From an uncultured Planctomycetia bacterium (GTDB lineage Bacteria; Omnitrophota; Gorgyraeia; 2-02-FULL-51-18), in contig CAYZGM010000001.1 in the NCBI GenBank assembly GCA_964478015.1, forward strand, positions 2,981 to 66,980: a stretch of DNA of 64,000 bases. The letters run 5' to 3'. Positions 17,517 to 26,681 of the stretch are shown here, piece by piece (position 1 is the first letter of the stretch; every line of letters begins with the position of its first letter). Position numbers and translations under genes: made by a program. A model generated the notes under the pieces. The model worked only from the letters and a program-made list of their open reading frames with translations, searched no databases and had not been told where the DNA came from.

Positions 17517-18695
17517 TTAACCTCTTTCGAATGCTTCAAAAAAACGACGGTACTCGTCCTGAGCGTACCGGTCGGTCATTCCCGCCAGATAATCGCAAAT
17601 GACCCGATGGGGACCCTCGGTTTTGAGCCGCCGCTGACTCCCGGGCGGCAATTGCTCGGGGCGAGACAAATACACCTCAAAGAGCTCGCGCAGAAAGCGG
17701 CGGGCCTTATCGCTCATCCTCACGACCCGGTAATGCCTGTAAAGGCGTGTTTTCAAAAAATCCCTCAACTCTTCGCGTTTCTTGAGGAGTTCCGGACTAA
17801 ACCCGATGAGAAAATGGTCTATTTGCATGGCTTGCGCCGCATTGCGAAGACTGTGCATTTTAATTTTTTTTACCGAATGACGAATTAAGTCCGTCACCTC
17901 TAGGTTGATCAGCCCCCGGATGATCTGATATTTCCTGACGTCTGGATTCTTGATGGATTTGCCGCCAACCTTCGTGCTTACAGCCCTCCACAGAGCCAGC
18001 TTGGCCAGCTCTTCCTCCTTAATAAGACCAGAGGTAAGCCCATCGTCAATGTCATGATTATCATAAGCGATTTCGTCCGCGACATCCACTGTCTGGGATT
18101 CCAGGGACGGCGATAAAAAACTATGAAACTTCCCCATGCCAGACTGTTCGGCTTTCTTAACGAGCTCGGGATGCTTAAAAAGCCCCACTCGGGTTTCATA
18201 AGATAAGTTGAGCCCGCGAAAGGCCGGATAGCGTTCTTCCAAATAATCCACGATGCGTAAGCTTTGGAGGTTGTGATCGAATCCGCCATGATTTACCATA
18301 AGCTCGCGCAGCTCATCTTCCCCGGCGTGCCCAAAGGGGGTATGGCCCAGGTCATGCGCAAGCGTGATGGTTTCGACAAGATCCGAGTTGAGACGCAAGA
18401 CTTTAGCGATGACCCGCGCCACCTGACTGGTTTCCAGCGAATGTGTTAATCGCGTACGGTAATAATCTCCCTCATGGTTCACGAATACCTGTGTTTTGTA
18501 TTCCATTCTCCGAAATGCGGTGCTGTGGATGATGCGGTCCCGGTCGCGTTGAAACGCGGTGCGGTAAGGGTGCTCTTTCTCTCTGTGAACGCGGCCGCGG
18601 CTATCACAGCTTTTGGTGGCATAAGGCGCCAGAGATCTTTTTTCTTCTTTTTCTAAAGTGATGCGACGAACTCCTTGGTTCAAGTTGGTTGTCAT
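17517..18695 (-). CDS. dGTP triphosphohydrolase-like HD-domain protein (Dgt family)
   Basis: RTRLTHSLETSQVARVIA ... ITLAHDLGHTPFGHAGE ... DVADEIAYDNHDIDDG are classic Dgt motifs; the start (MTTNLN) lies 2 nt after the stop of the upstream ATPase gene. Confidence 0.9.
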   Translation of the reverse strand: MTTNLNQGVRRITLEKEEKRSLAPYATKSCDSRGRVHREKEHPYRTAFQRDRDRIIHSTAFRRMEYKTQVFVNHEGDYYRTRLTHSLETSQVARVIAKVLRLNSDLVETITLAHDLGHTPFGHAGEDELRELMVNHGGFDHNLQSLRIVDYLEERYPAFRGLNLSYETRVGLFKHPELVKKAEQSGMGKFHSFLSPSLESQTVDVADEIAYDNHDIDDGLTSGLIKEEELAKLALWRAVSTKVGGKSIKNPDVRKYQIIRGLINLEVTDLIRHSVKKIKMHSLRNAAQAMQIDHFLIGFSPELLKKREELRDFLKTRLYRHYRVVRMSDKARRFLRELFEVYLSRPEQLPPGSQRRLKTEGPHRVICDYLAGMTDRYAQDEYRRFFEAFERG

Positions 18696-18696
18696 T

Positions 18697-20388
18697 TTAC
18701 GCGGATGCGGCCTGAACGGCCGCCGGCACTCCAAGGCGGATGGGTTTTGCGGTTTGAATAATGGGTGATTTGCCGTAGAGGTCCATCAATAGGTTGATGC
18801 GCGAAAGCCCGAGAGTCAGGATTCTTTTTTCTTTGGCAAGGAGTTTGGCATTATCCTCCATCCCATTCAGCGCCAGCAGCACTTTTGTGTGGCTGCTCTT
18901 TTTATCGGAAAAGCCTTGAACCAATTCCAAAACTTCCCGCTCAGTCGCTTTGTCTTCGACAATTTTGCAGACCCAGCAGCGCCCGTTCCCCTTGGCGACA
19001 ATATCCCGGGAGTTTGAATTTGTTTGAGGCCCGGCGGCCGGCCGCAAAAACTCCGAAAAATGAGGAAGTTTACGTTTTTTTTCTCCCAACTCCACGATAT
19101 CGTTCTGAAACTCGCTAAAAAGAGCCAAAATCCGCCTCGAGACATCCACCCCAGATGACGCCTCCTCTTCCTCCAGAACTTCTGTCATGCGACGCAGAAA
19201 ACCCTCGCTTTTTGCGGTAGTCCCTAGGAGGGACAGTTCCTTTTTTTGGTAAACTTCCTTTAGCCAGAACCTGAATGTTTTGTTGTGGAATCGGTAAAAA
19301 ACCCCGTTTTTTACGATTAGCTCATGTTCGATCAGCTCCTGCAGTTGGACCGAGGTCTCACGCTGGTTACGATTGATGCTGGAGGCAATGTCCTTAATCC
19401 GGTTCTTCCCATTGGCGATCTGGGTCAGAATGAGCACGTGGCTTCCTCTGGAAACGGCCTGGGTCCACGGGGAGATCAGTTTGGAGAAATATTGGTTTAA
19501 GACCCCCTGAGACTCGTAAAAAAGTTTGAGGAGTGTTTCACAAACACTTTGTTGGCTGACTTGCGTTTCGTTCTTAGAAAGAGCCAATTCGCGTAATCGA
19601 GAAACGGTGTTCTCCAGTAAAAAAGGATGCCCGTCCGTCAAGGACACGAAAAATTTTTGCAGGGTCATAGGAACTTCGACAGGCGCCATCTTTTGAGTGA
19701 TGAATTGGAAAGCGGTTTCAAAATCAAAAGCCTCCAGATACACGCGCTCAAAATGACCGAATAACAACGTCAACTTTTCAGCCAAAATCTTCCGACTTTG
19801 AGAAAAAGAAGAGCTGGAAAGAATGTACAGAGTGTCTTTTTGAACCATGATGCGTTTGCCAAAATCCGAAAATGCATTCTTGATTCCGAATTCGCCAAGC
19901 CGGTGAAATTCATCCAGGATCACAATGGTGTTCTTGCCCGTCTCCTGTTTAAGGACATGGGTCAACTCAAACAGTTTCACGTAGGCTTCCTCCGCGTGCC
20001 GCTGCTTCAGCAAGACTGCTATTTCTCCGATGCGGGAAACGGTCTTTGGGATAAAAGCGCTCGCCTTTTCCGCAAGGGAAATCAGCGTGTCCGCCGGGTC
20101 CGCTTCCCCGCGCTGAGTCAAATACTGGTAAAGCAGGGATCGAATGAATTGATCGACGAAATAGTCCAGGGCTTGAAACTTGATTTCAACGTAGATGGGA
20201 AGAATTTCCTCGTCACGAAAAACGTGCATGAAGTGACGCAGGACTGATGATTTTCCGAGTTGCTGATGTCCGATGATCGCGACATTCTGGCGGTAACCAG
20301 ACTTGAGCCCATTCGCGCGCTTGATCAGAAGATCAATTACTTCTTGTCGGCCAAAGAAATTATCGCCGACAACGGGATCGCTGAACAT
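18697..20388 (-). CDS. PF01637-type (archaeal-ATPase-like) P-loop NTPase with a DUF234-like winged-helix region and a C-terminal domain carrying a candidate PD-(D/E)xK motif
   Basis: FFGRQEVIDLL ... VAIIGHQQLGKSSVL Walker A; IVILDEFHRL Walker B; wHTH-like IKDIASSINRNQRETSVQLQELIEHELIVKNGVFYRF; C-terminal RDIVAKGNGRCWVCKIVEDK (D...EDK). Confidence 0.75.
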   Translation of the reverse strand: MFSDPVVGDNFFGRQEVIDLLIKRANGLKSGYRQNVAIIGHQQLGKSSVLRHFMHVFRDEEILPIYVEIKFQALDYFVDQFIRSLLYQYLTQRGEADPADTLISLAEKASAFIPKTVSRIGEIAVLLKQRHAEEAYVKLFELTHVLKQETGKNTIVILDEFHRLGEFGIKNAFSDFGKRIMVQKDTLYILSSSSFSQSRKILAEKLTLLFGHFERVYLEAFDFETAFQFITQKMAPVEVPMTLQKFFVSLTDGHPFLLENTVSRLRELALSKNETQVSQQSVCETLLKLFYESQGVLNQYFSKLISPWTQAVSRGSHVLILTQIANGKNRIKDIASSINRNQRETSVQLQELIEHELIVKNGVFYRFHNKTFRFWLKEVYQKKELSLLGTTAKSEGFLRRMTEVLEEEEASSGVDVSRRILALFSEFQNDIVELGEKKRKLPHFSEFLRPAAGPQTNSNSRDIVAKGNGRCWVCKIVEDKATEREVLELVQGFSDKKSSHTKVLLALNGMEDNAKLLAKEKRILTLGLSRINLLMDLYGKSPIIQTAKPIRLGVPAAVQAASA

Positions 20389-20634
20389 TCCTCGCCTCTT
20401 CTTAAAAAAAAACTTTGACTGTTAAATTTTTGGCGGCTAAAAACCCACCGCGATCCAAAAACACCGAAGCCACTTTCCTTGCAGCTCATAGTACCTCGGC
20501 CGCCCCAACCGAGTCAAAAAAAACATATCATAAAACGATTTGCGGCCAAAGAAACTCTTGACAACTTTACCGACGAATTACCAGCAGCCTTGTGTGTATT
20601 CCCAAGCAGACCACAACACGAAAAGACCTTTTAA

Positions 20635-20708
20635 TGGAGCGGGTGATGGGAATCGAACCCACATCTAAAGCTTGGGAAGCTTTCATTCTACCACTGAACT
20701 ACACCCGC
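20635..20708 (-). tRNA. tRNA-Gly (anticodon CCC), CCA encoded
   Basis: Reverse complement GCGGGTGTAGTTCAGTGGTAGAATGAAAGCTTCCCAAGCTTTAGATGTGGGTTCGATTCCCATCACCCGCTCCA folds as a cloverleaf; the anticodon loop TTCCCAA gives CCC. Confidence 0.85.
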
Positions 20709-20713
20709 GAATT

Positions 20714-21622
20714 TTAAAACCGCGTTAATTTTCTGAAATGCCTGTAACGGCTCTCGATCTGACTGCGTTTTAGGCTCACCAGACGATCCAGGCTGAAGCT
20801 TTCCACATTATACGAGGCCAACACACTTCCGTAAATGGCAGCGCGGCGCACAAACGTTTCATTCAACCGACCGGAGCCCGCCAAGAATCCGATAAAGGCT
20901 CCGGCAAATGTGTCACCCGCACCCGTCGGGTCAAAAACCCTTTCCAGGGGATAGGCGGGAACCGTAAAGATACTTTTCTTTGAAAAACAGGCGACCCCAT
21001 GCTCCCCTTTCTTGATCACCACAAGTTTCGGGCCTCGATCCAAGATCCAGCGCGCGGCGCCGATGAGATTGTATTCGCCGGAAAGTTCGCGAGCTTCTCC
21101 GTCATTGCAGAGAAAAATATCCATTTTCTTGAGAAGCGTCATCAACGAATTTTTTTTATGTTCGATCCAGTAGTTCATGGTGTCGCAGGCGCAAAGAACC
21201 GGTTTTTTCATCTGCTTCAGAACGGAGCGCTGGATGTCCGGATCGATATTGGCTAGAAAAAGGACGCGTTTGGACCGATTTTCATCCGAAAGATCCGGGC
21301 GAAAATCCGTGAATACGTTGAGTTCCGTCTTCAGTGTCCTCGGGTTGTTGAGGTCGTAGCTGTAAGAGCCTTTCCAACGGAAAGTCCGTCCGGCAACAGT
21401 GTGAAGGTCGCGCGTATCGACGCCGAGCTTTTTAAGAAGTGTCAGATATTTTTTTGGGAAGTCCTCCCCCACCACCGCGACCACAGAAACCGGTGAAAAA
21501 AAACGGGCGCTGGCGCTGAAATACGTGACCGAGCCCCCAAGCGCATCGCGTGCCCTTCCGAAAGGGGTGCTGACCGTGTCCAGAGCCACTGAACCCAATG
21601 CCAAGATGCCCTTATTTGTCAT
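20714..21622 (-). CDS. PfkB-family carbohydrate kinase (ribokinase-like), specificity unknown
   Basis: DPTGAGDTFAGAFIGFLA is the PfkB C-terminal signature; N-terminal GSVALD; it lacks the conserved RfaE domain-I N-terminus. Confidence 0.85.
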   Translation of the reverse strand: MTNKGILALGSVALDTVSTPFGRARDALGGSVTYFSASARFFSPVSVVAVVGEDFPKKYLTLLKKLGVDTRDLHTVAGRTFRWKGSYSYDLNNPRTLKTELNVFTDFRPDLSDENRSKRVLFLANIDPDIQRSVLKQMKKPVLCACDTMNYWIEHKKNSLMTLLKKMDIFLCNDGEARELSGEYNLIGAARWILDRGPKLVVIKKGEHGVACFSKKSIFTVPAYPLERVFDPTGAGDTFAGAFIGFLAGSGRLNETFVRRAAIYGSVLASYNVESFSLDRLVSLKRSQIESRYRHFRKLTRF

Positions 21623-22271
21623 GTGCGTTAATCCTGTTTTCCATTTTTCGAATAAGCGTTTGAGCCGCCTCCCCGGGATTGTCCGAGCCCATCAAGGACC
21701 GGACAACCGCAACGCATTTGGCACCGGCCTTTAAAACCTCGTAGATATTATTTTCGTCGATCCCGCCGATAGCGACAAAAGGGATCTTAATATTTTTTGA
21801 AGCGAAGCGAACAAGCTCAAGTCCAACCGCCGCCCGTCCCGGCTTCGTGGGTGTCGCATAAACAGGACCGACGCCGATATAATCAAATCCCTCGCGCTCG
21901 GCCGCCAAGGCCTGCTCGGCGCTGTGCGTGGAACGCCCAATAAGGGCATTCTCTCCCAGCAATTGACGAGCCTGCACCAGAGTCCCATCGTCTTGGCCCA
22001 AGTGGACGCCGTCCGCCCCGCATTCCCTGGCCAGCTGCAAGCGATCGTTGACGATGAGCGGCACTCCCATGTGATGGGTCAGGGACCGCAGGACTTTGGC
22101 TTCGGCCAAAAACTCTTTGTCCGAGGCCGTTTTATTGCGAAGCTGGAGCACGTCGGCGCCGCCGCGAATCGCCGCTTCGGCGAGAGCCGCGAGATCTCGG
22201 CCTTTCAGGCGATCCGGACAGGTGATTGCGTAAAGCCTCCAATTGAGGGACTGCCTTTTTTTCAAGCGCAT
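21612..22271 (-). CDS. thiE: Thiamine-phosphate synthase
   Basis: LYAITCPD ... [11 protein letters not shown] ... IGRSTHSAEQA ... YIGVGPVYATPTK ... AIGGI are ThiE motifs. Confidence 0.9.
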   Translation of the reverse strand: MRLKKRQSLNWRLYAITCPDRLKGRDLAALAEAAIRGGADVLQLRNKTASDKEFLAEAKVLRSLTHHMGVPLIVNDRLQLARECGADGVHLGQDDGTLVQARQLLGENALIGRSTHSAEQALAAEREGFDYIGVGPVYATPTKPGRAAVGLELVRFASKNIKIPFVAIGGIDENNIYEVLKAGAKCVAVVRSLMGSDNPGEAAQTLIRKMENRINAHDK

Positions 22272-22653
22272 AGAAGCGGAACCTTATTTCTTTTATCCGA
22301 CGTGATGCGGGCCGATCCGCAAGCTTTGAAAATTCTTCCAGGGCTCTCAGAGATTCCTTCACGCGTTGAGCATTGGCCGTAAAAATATCCGCCAAATCAG
22401 CCCTATCCTCCTCCAACGAAGAGGAGCTTCTTCCCACGTCCTTTCGCGTGTCGCGCGATCTCAAGAGGGTTTGCGGACTGACCGCGTAATTCCTCAAAAT
22501 ATCGCTCAGCGCATGACGGGACCGCTTTAGCGAGTCCTGCAGCAAGGCGGAACCCGCTCCGAACCGAAGCACTTCCTCCAGCACGCGCAGCCCTTCCCGC
22601 GCGCGGTTAAAATTGGCATCCAAGATTCTATAGAGCTTTCTTGGCTCGGTCAA
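22132..22653 (-). CDS. Hypothetical protein whose 3' region overlaps the thiE start in another frame (true C-terminus uncertain)
   Basis: N-terminal 125 aa look protein-like ([25 protein letters not shown] ...); the last 45 aa are Arg-rich, typical of an out-of-frame read across thiE. Confidence 0.4.
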   Translation of the reverse strand: MTEPRKLYRILDANFNRAREGLRVLEEVLRFGAGSALLQDSLKRSRHALSDILRNYAVSPQTLLRSRDTRKDVGRSSSSLEEDRADLADIFTANAQRVKESLRALEEFSKLADRPASRRIKEIRFRFYALEKKAVPQLEALRNHLSGSPERPRSRGSRRSGDSRRRRRAPASQ

Positions 22654-23156
22654 AGGTTCTGAATCTTTCCAAGCAGCCCCGACGTGGAAAATCCCCGGAC
22701 GTAAGGGATAAGTCGCACATGGCCGCCGTGAGCCTCGACGAGCGAAGCACCCACCACGTCCTTTTTTTTCCAGTCCCCGCCTTTGACGAGAACATCGGGG
22801 CGGATGGCCCGAATGACCTCGAGAGGCGACTCCTGGGAAAAAATAACGACGTGATCGACGCAGGAAAGCGCCGAAAGAACCTCGGCGCGGTCTTTTTCGC
22901 GATTGAGAGGCCGGCCGGCCCCTTTCAATCGGCGCACAGAGGCGTCCGAATTAAGCCCGACGACCAGAACGTCCCCGAGCTTTTTTGCTTTTTGCAAATA
23001 GGACGTGTGGCCCCTGTGCAAAATGTCAAAGCAGCCGTTTGTGAAAACAATGCGTTTGCCGGCCGCGCGAGACGCCCTGAGTTTCCTGAGCAGACCGTTT
23101 AACGCCAAGAGCTTTGTGCTCATTTGGCCGATAACGCCTCGTCGACACATTCGCAC
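22650..23156 (-). CDS. hldC: D-glycero-beta-D-manno-heptose-1-phosphate adenylyltransferase (RfaE domain II / HldC, cytidylyltransferase-like)
   Basis: [19 protein letters not shown] HxGH nucleotidyltransferase motif; RfaE-II-like length and context with gmhA. Confidence 0.85.
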   Translation of the reverse strand: MRMCRRGVIGQMSTKLLALNGLLRKLRASRAAGKRIVFTNGCFDILHRGHTSYLQKAKKLGDVLVVGLNSDASVRRLKGAGRPLNREKDRAEVLSALSCVDHVVIFSQESPLEVIRAIRPDVLVKGGDWKKKDVVGASLVEAHGGHVRLIPYVRGFSTSGLLGKIQNL

Positions 23157-23689
23157 AGGATGTGTCCGATCATGATGTGGGATTCCTGGATCCGCGAAGT
23201 TTTTTTTGAGGGAATCACGAGGGCAAGATCCACCGACGTTTTCAATTCACCGCCGGTGCCGCCCGTAAGGCCGATCGTGTAAATACCCATTATTTTGGCG
23301 CGTTTGACCGCAGCCAACACGTTCTTGGAGTTACCGCTGGTGGAAAGGGCAATCGCCACATCGTTTCTTTTCCCCAAGGCCTCTATCTGGCGCTCAAAAA
23401 CGCGATCAAATCCATAGTCATTGCCCACCGCGGTCAGGATCGACGTGTCTGTGGTCAGCGAGATCGCTGCCAGCGCCCGACGTTCTTTTTCATAGCGTCC
23501 AACAAATTCAGCGGCCAGGTGCTGACTGTCGCTGGCGGAACCGCCATTCCCAAAAAAAAGGATCTTGTTTCCAGATTTCAAACAATCCACAAGTTTGGCG
23601 GCAGCTTTTTCAATCTCCGGCACCAATGTCCGGAGGATCTCCTGTTTGACCAAAAGAGCGTCTTGGATGTGTTGGGAAATATTCGTCAT
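23120..23689 (-). CDS. gmhA: Phosphoheptose isomerase (SIS domain)
   Basis: [23 protein letters not shown] and [12 protein letters not shown] are SIS/GmhA motifs. Confidence 0.9.
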   Translation of the reverse strand: MTNISQHIQDALLVKQEILRTLVPEIEKAAAKLVDCLKSGNKILFFGNGGSASDSQHLAAEFVGRYEKERRALAAISLTTDTSILTAVGNDYGFDRVFERQIEALGKRNDVAIALSTSGNSKNVLAAVKRAKIMGIYTIGLTGGTGGELKTSVDLALVIPSKKTSRIQESHIMIGHILCECVDEALSAK

Positions 23690-23698
23690 GGGTCTACG

Positions 23699-24721
23699 TC
23701 AACCGAAAAATGTCCGCGCCATGTCATAGTATTCGGCTTCGACTGTTTTTAGCTTTTTCACGGCGTCCTCAATGGGAATCGCAATGATCTCGGTGCCTTT
23801 GAGCGCAACCATCTTGCCAAAGGAGCCCTGTTTTATCAACTGCACCGCTTTTTCTCCGAAGCGCGTTCCAAGCACACGGTCATAGGCGCTTGCCGTGCCT
23901 CCCCGCTGAACATGCCCAAGGACGGTGGTTCGCGTCTCAAGCTTTGTTTCCTCCTCGATCCGTTTGGCCAGGAGCTCTCCTATGCCTCCGAGGCGGACAT
24001 GCCCGAACTGATCCAATTTTTTTTCGATCAGGATTTCATTCCCCTCAAATTTTGCGCCCTCCGCGACAACGATGATGCTGAAATATTTGCCCCGGTCGAT
24101 CCTTCTTTGGATCACCTCACAGACTTCCTTCATTTTGATCGGGACTTCAGGGATCAAGATCAGGTCTGCGCCTCCCGCAATGCCGGAGTGAAGCGCGATC
24201 CATCCTGCATGGCGTCCCATGACTTCGACCACCATGATGCGGCGGTGGCTCTCCGCCGTGCTATGGAGCCGGTCGATGGCTTCCATGGCGATGTTGACCG
24301 CTGTGTCAAAACCAAAAGTCACGTCGGTCCCCGACAGATCATTGTCGATCGTTTTGGGAACACCCACCACATTGAAGCCGTCCTTAAAAAATTTATTGGC
24401 CACCCCCAACGTGTCTTCGCCCCCGATCGCGATCAGGGCATCGAGCCCCATTTTTTTAAAGTTGGTCTTTAGCTTTTCTGCGGCAGAGGCTTCCTTGTAG
24501 GGGTTCGTCCGGCTGGTTCCGAGGATCGTGCCCCCGCGATGGATAATCCCGGACACCGCGGCCGCATCCAGAGGCATGGTTTCCGAATCTACCAATCCTT
24601 TCCAACCATTCTTGATGCCAAGCACCTGGTGCCCTTGCTTGATCGCCGTTTTCACGGCGGCGCGGATCACCGGATTAAGCCCAGGGCAGTCTCCCCCGCC
24701 GGTTAAAATACCTAGCTTCAT
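23699..24721 (-). CDS. pfk: 6-phosphofructokinase, probably pyrophosphate-dependent
   Basis: MKLGILTGGGDCPGLN; GGEDT in place of GGDGS, and PKTIDND, i.e. Asp at the position-104 equivalent and Lys at the position-124 equivalent, the published PPi-PFK signature. Confidence 0.9.
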   Translation of the reverse strand: MKLGILTGGGDCPGLNPVIRAAVKTAIKQGHQVLGIKNGWKGLVDSETMPLDAAAVSGIIHRGGTILGTSRTNPYKEASAAEKLKTNFKKMGLDALIAIGGEDTLGVANKFFKDGFNVVGVPKTIDNDLSGTDVTFGFDTAVNIAMEAIDRLHSTAESHRRIMVVEVMGRHAGWIALHSGIAGGADLILIPEVPIKMKEVCEVIQRRIDRGKYFSIIVVAEGAKFEGNEILIEKKLDQFGHVRLGGIGELLAKRIEEETKLETRTTVLGHVQRGGTASAYDRVLGTRFGEKAVQLIKQGSFGKMVALKGTEIIAIPIEDAVKKLKTVEAEYYDMARTFFG

Positions 24722-24742
24722 GCCAGCCTCCTTCTTCTCAAC

Positions 24743-26149
24743 TTACGGCACCGCAACTTCGTTTGATTTTTTGGACTTCTCATCTTCCGATCTTTTATTC
24801 GGCCAATCATCCAATAGCCTCGGGACAAAGTCCGTATAAACCTGACCCCGGCGGAAAAGAGGATTCTTTAAAATCTCTCGGTGAATGGGGATCGTGGACT
24901 TGATGGGTTCGATGATGAACTCTTCAAGCGCCCGTTGCATGATGCTGATGGCTTCCGGACGGTTCCGGCCGTAGGCCATGAGCTTTCCGATCATCGAATC
25001 ATAATAGGGCAGCACTTTGTATCCGGCGTGGGCATGACTGTCGATGCGGATCCCAGGGCCGCCCGGCGCATTGTAGCGCTCGATCAGCCCGGGGGACGGC
25101 GAAAAATCATTCTCCGGGTCTTCGGCATTGATCCGGCATTCGATCGCATGGCCGCGCATCGGAACCTTGTCCTGTCTTTTGATGGAGAGTTTCTCTCCGG
25201 CCGCGATTCGGATTTGCTCCTTGACGATGTCAATGCCCGTCACGAGCTCTGTGATCCCGTGCTCAACCTGCACTCGCGTGTTCATTTCAATGAAATAAAA
25301 CCGTCCGTCCGTATCCAATAAAAATTCGATCGTGCCGGCGTTGGTGTAGTTGACGGCCCGGGCAGCCTTGATGGCCATGTCGCCCATTTTTTTCCGGAGT
25401 TTCCAATCCAGAACAGGCGAGGGACATTCCTCCAGAAGTTTCTGATGGCGTCTTTGGATCGTGCAGTCACGCTCGTACAAGTGGATCATGTGCCCATGGG
25501 TGTCGGCCAGGATCTGAAATTCAATGTGTCTGGGCTTTTCGAGATATTTCTCGATGTAAACGGCGGAGTTGCCAAATGCTTTTTCGGCTTCATGCTGCGC
25601 GGTCATCAGCGCGCTGACAAGCCTTACCTCGTTGTGACAGACACGCATGCCGCGTCCCCCGCCGCCCGCGGTGGCTTTGATGATGACCGGATACTTGATC
25701 TTCTTGGCAATCTTGAGCGCCTCGTCTTTGTCTTTCACGGCTTCCGAGGTTCCCGGAATAATAGGAACACCCGCCTTTCGCACGGTTTCGCGTGCGGCCA
25801 TTTTATCTCCCATGGCCCGGATCGCTTCCGGCTGCGGCCCGATGAATTTAATCTGACAAGACCCGCAGATTTCCGCAAAATGGGCATTTTCGGAGAGAAA
25901 ACCATAACCCGGATGGATCGCGTCGACGTCCGTAATTTCGGCCGCGCTGATAATGGCCGGAATATTCATATAACTTTGGCCGGCAGAGGCTCCGCCGATA
26001 CAGACGGCATCATCTGCCAGATACACATGCGGTGAATCTGCGTCCGGCTGGGAGTAAACGGCAACCGTTTGCACGCCCATTTCCTTACAGGCGCGTATGA
26101 TGCGAAGGGCTATTTCTCCCCGGTTGGCAACTAGGATTTTTGAGAACAT
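24743..26149 (-). CDS. accC: Acetyl-CoA carboxylase, biotin carboxylase subunit
   Basis: [28 protein letters not shown]-grasp motifs, [14 protein letters not shown]. Confidence 0.95.
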   Translation of the reverse strand: MFSKILVANRGEIALRIIRACKEMGVQTVAVYSQPDADSPHVYLADDAVCIGGASAGQSYMNIPAIISAAEITDVDAIHPGYGFLSENAHFAEICGSCQIKFIGPQPEAIRAMGDKMAARETVRKAGVPIIPGTSEAVKDKDEALKIAKKIKYPVIIKATAGGGGRGMRVCHNEVRLVSALMTAQHEAEKAFGNSAVYIEKYLEKPRHIEFQILADTHGHMIHLYERDCTIQRRHQKLLEECPSPVLDWKLRKKMGDMAIKAARAVNYTNAGTIEFLLDTDGRFYFIEMNTRVQVEHGITELVTGIDIVKEQIRIAAGEKLSIKRQDKVPMRGHAIECRINAEDPENDFSPSPGLIERYNAPGGPGIRIDSHAHAGYKVLPYYDSMIGKLMAYGRNRPEAISIMQRALEEFIIEPIKSTIPIHREILKNPLFRRGQVYTDFVPRLLDDWPNKRSEDEKSKKSNEVAVP

Positions 26150-26170
26150 GTTTAGCGAAAGCCCGGTAAG

Positions 26171-26623
26171 TTACTCGATCACAAAAAGGGGCTGGCCAAA
26201 TTCAACAGGATCCCCGTTGTGAACCAGAATCTCGGAGATTTTTCCGCGAACCTCTGATTTGATCTCATTCATAAGTTTCATGGCTTCGATGACGCAAATC
26301 ACCTGTCCGACTTCGACTTGATCTCCGATCTGGACAAATGGCGCGGCATCGGGTGCGGGCGAGGAATAGAAAGTGCCGACCATCGGGGATTTGATTGTCT
26401 GGCGCTGTGCAGTCGGAGTGGCTGCCTCGCGTGGCGCGGTCTCGGAGACCCGCGCTTGGGCTGCCTGTGCGCGAACGGGCGACTCACCGGACATACTGGA
26501 CTCAATCACGCCTCCGGACCCTTTCCTTAGGCGTATTTTCAAACCGTCCTTTTCCATCTCAAATTCCATAAGTCCATGCTCGTTCATCAGCTGGATCATC
26601 TCTTTAATCTCTTTTAAATTCAC
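26171..26623 (-). CDS. accB: Biotin carboxyl carrier protein of acetyl-CoA carboxylase
   Basis: EAMKLMNEI biotinyl-lysine motif, Pro/Ala-rich linker. Confidence 0.9.
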   Translation of the reverse strand: MNLKEIKEMIQLMNEHGLMEFEMEKDGLKIRLRKGSGGVIESSMSGESPVRAQAAQARVSETAPREAATPTAQRQTIKSPMVGTFYSSPAPDAAPFVQIGDQVEVGQVICVIEAMKLMNEIKSEVRGKISEILVHNGDPVEFGQPLFVIE

Positions 26624-26681
26624 CCTGCCCTCCCTCTGCGAAGACCGCGGTCATTTGAAAAATTTTGTCACCGGTTGCATT

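Noticed and set aside
20389-20634. Looked for an integrase gene or an obvious att repeat between the tRNA-Gly and the ATPase gene
   Set aside because: No ORF of 60 aa or more on either strand and no repeat I could spot by eye. The island hypothesis therefore rests only on tRNA adjacency and gene content, and is flagged as needing a computational repeat search.
20714-21622. PfkB kinase as the missing RfaE domain I (heptose-7-phosphate kinase) to complete the ADP-heptose pathway next to rfaE-II and gmhA
   Set aside because: It lacks the strongly conserved RfaE-I N-terminus (ILVVGDVMLDRY-type) and is separated from rfaE-II by thiE. Only the generic PfkB signature is visible.
22132-22300. Arg-rich C-terminal 45 residues of the 22132-22653 ORF as a genuine basic tail
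   Set aside because: This segment is the thiE coding region read out of frame; the composition ([15 protein letters not shown]) is characteristic of a frame artefact.
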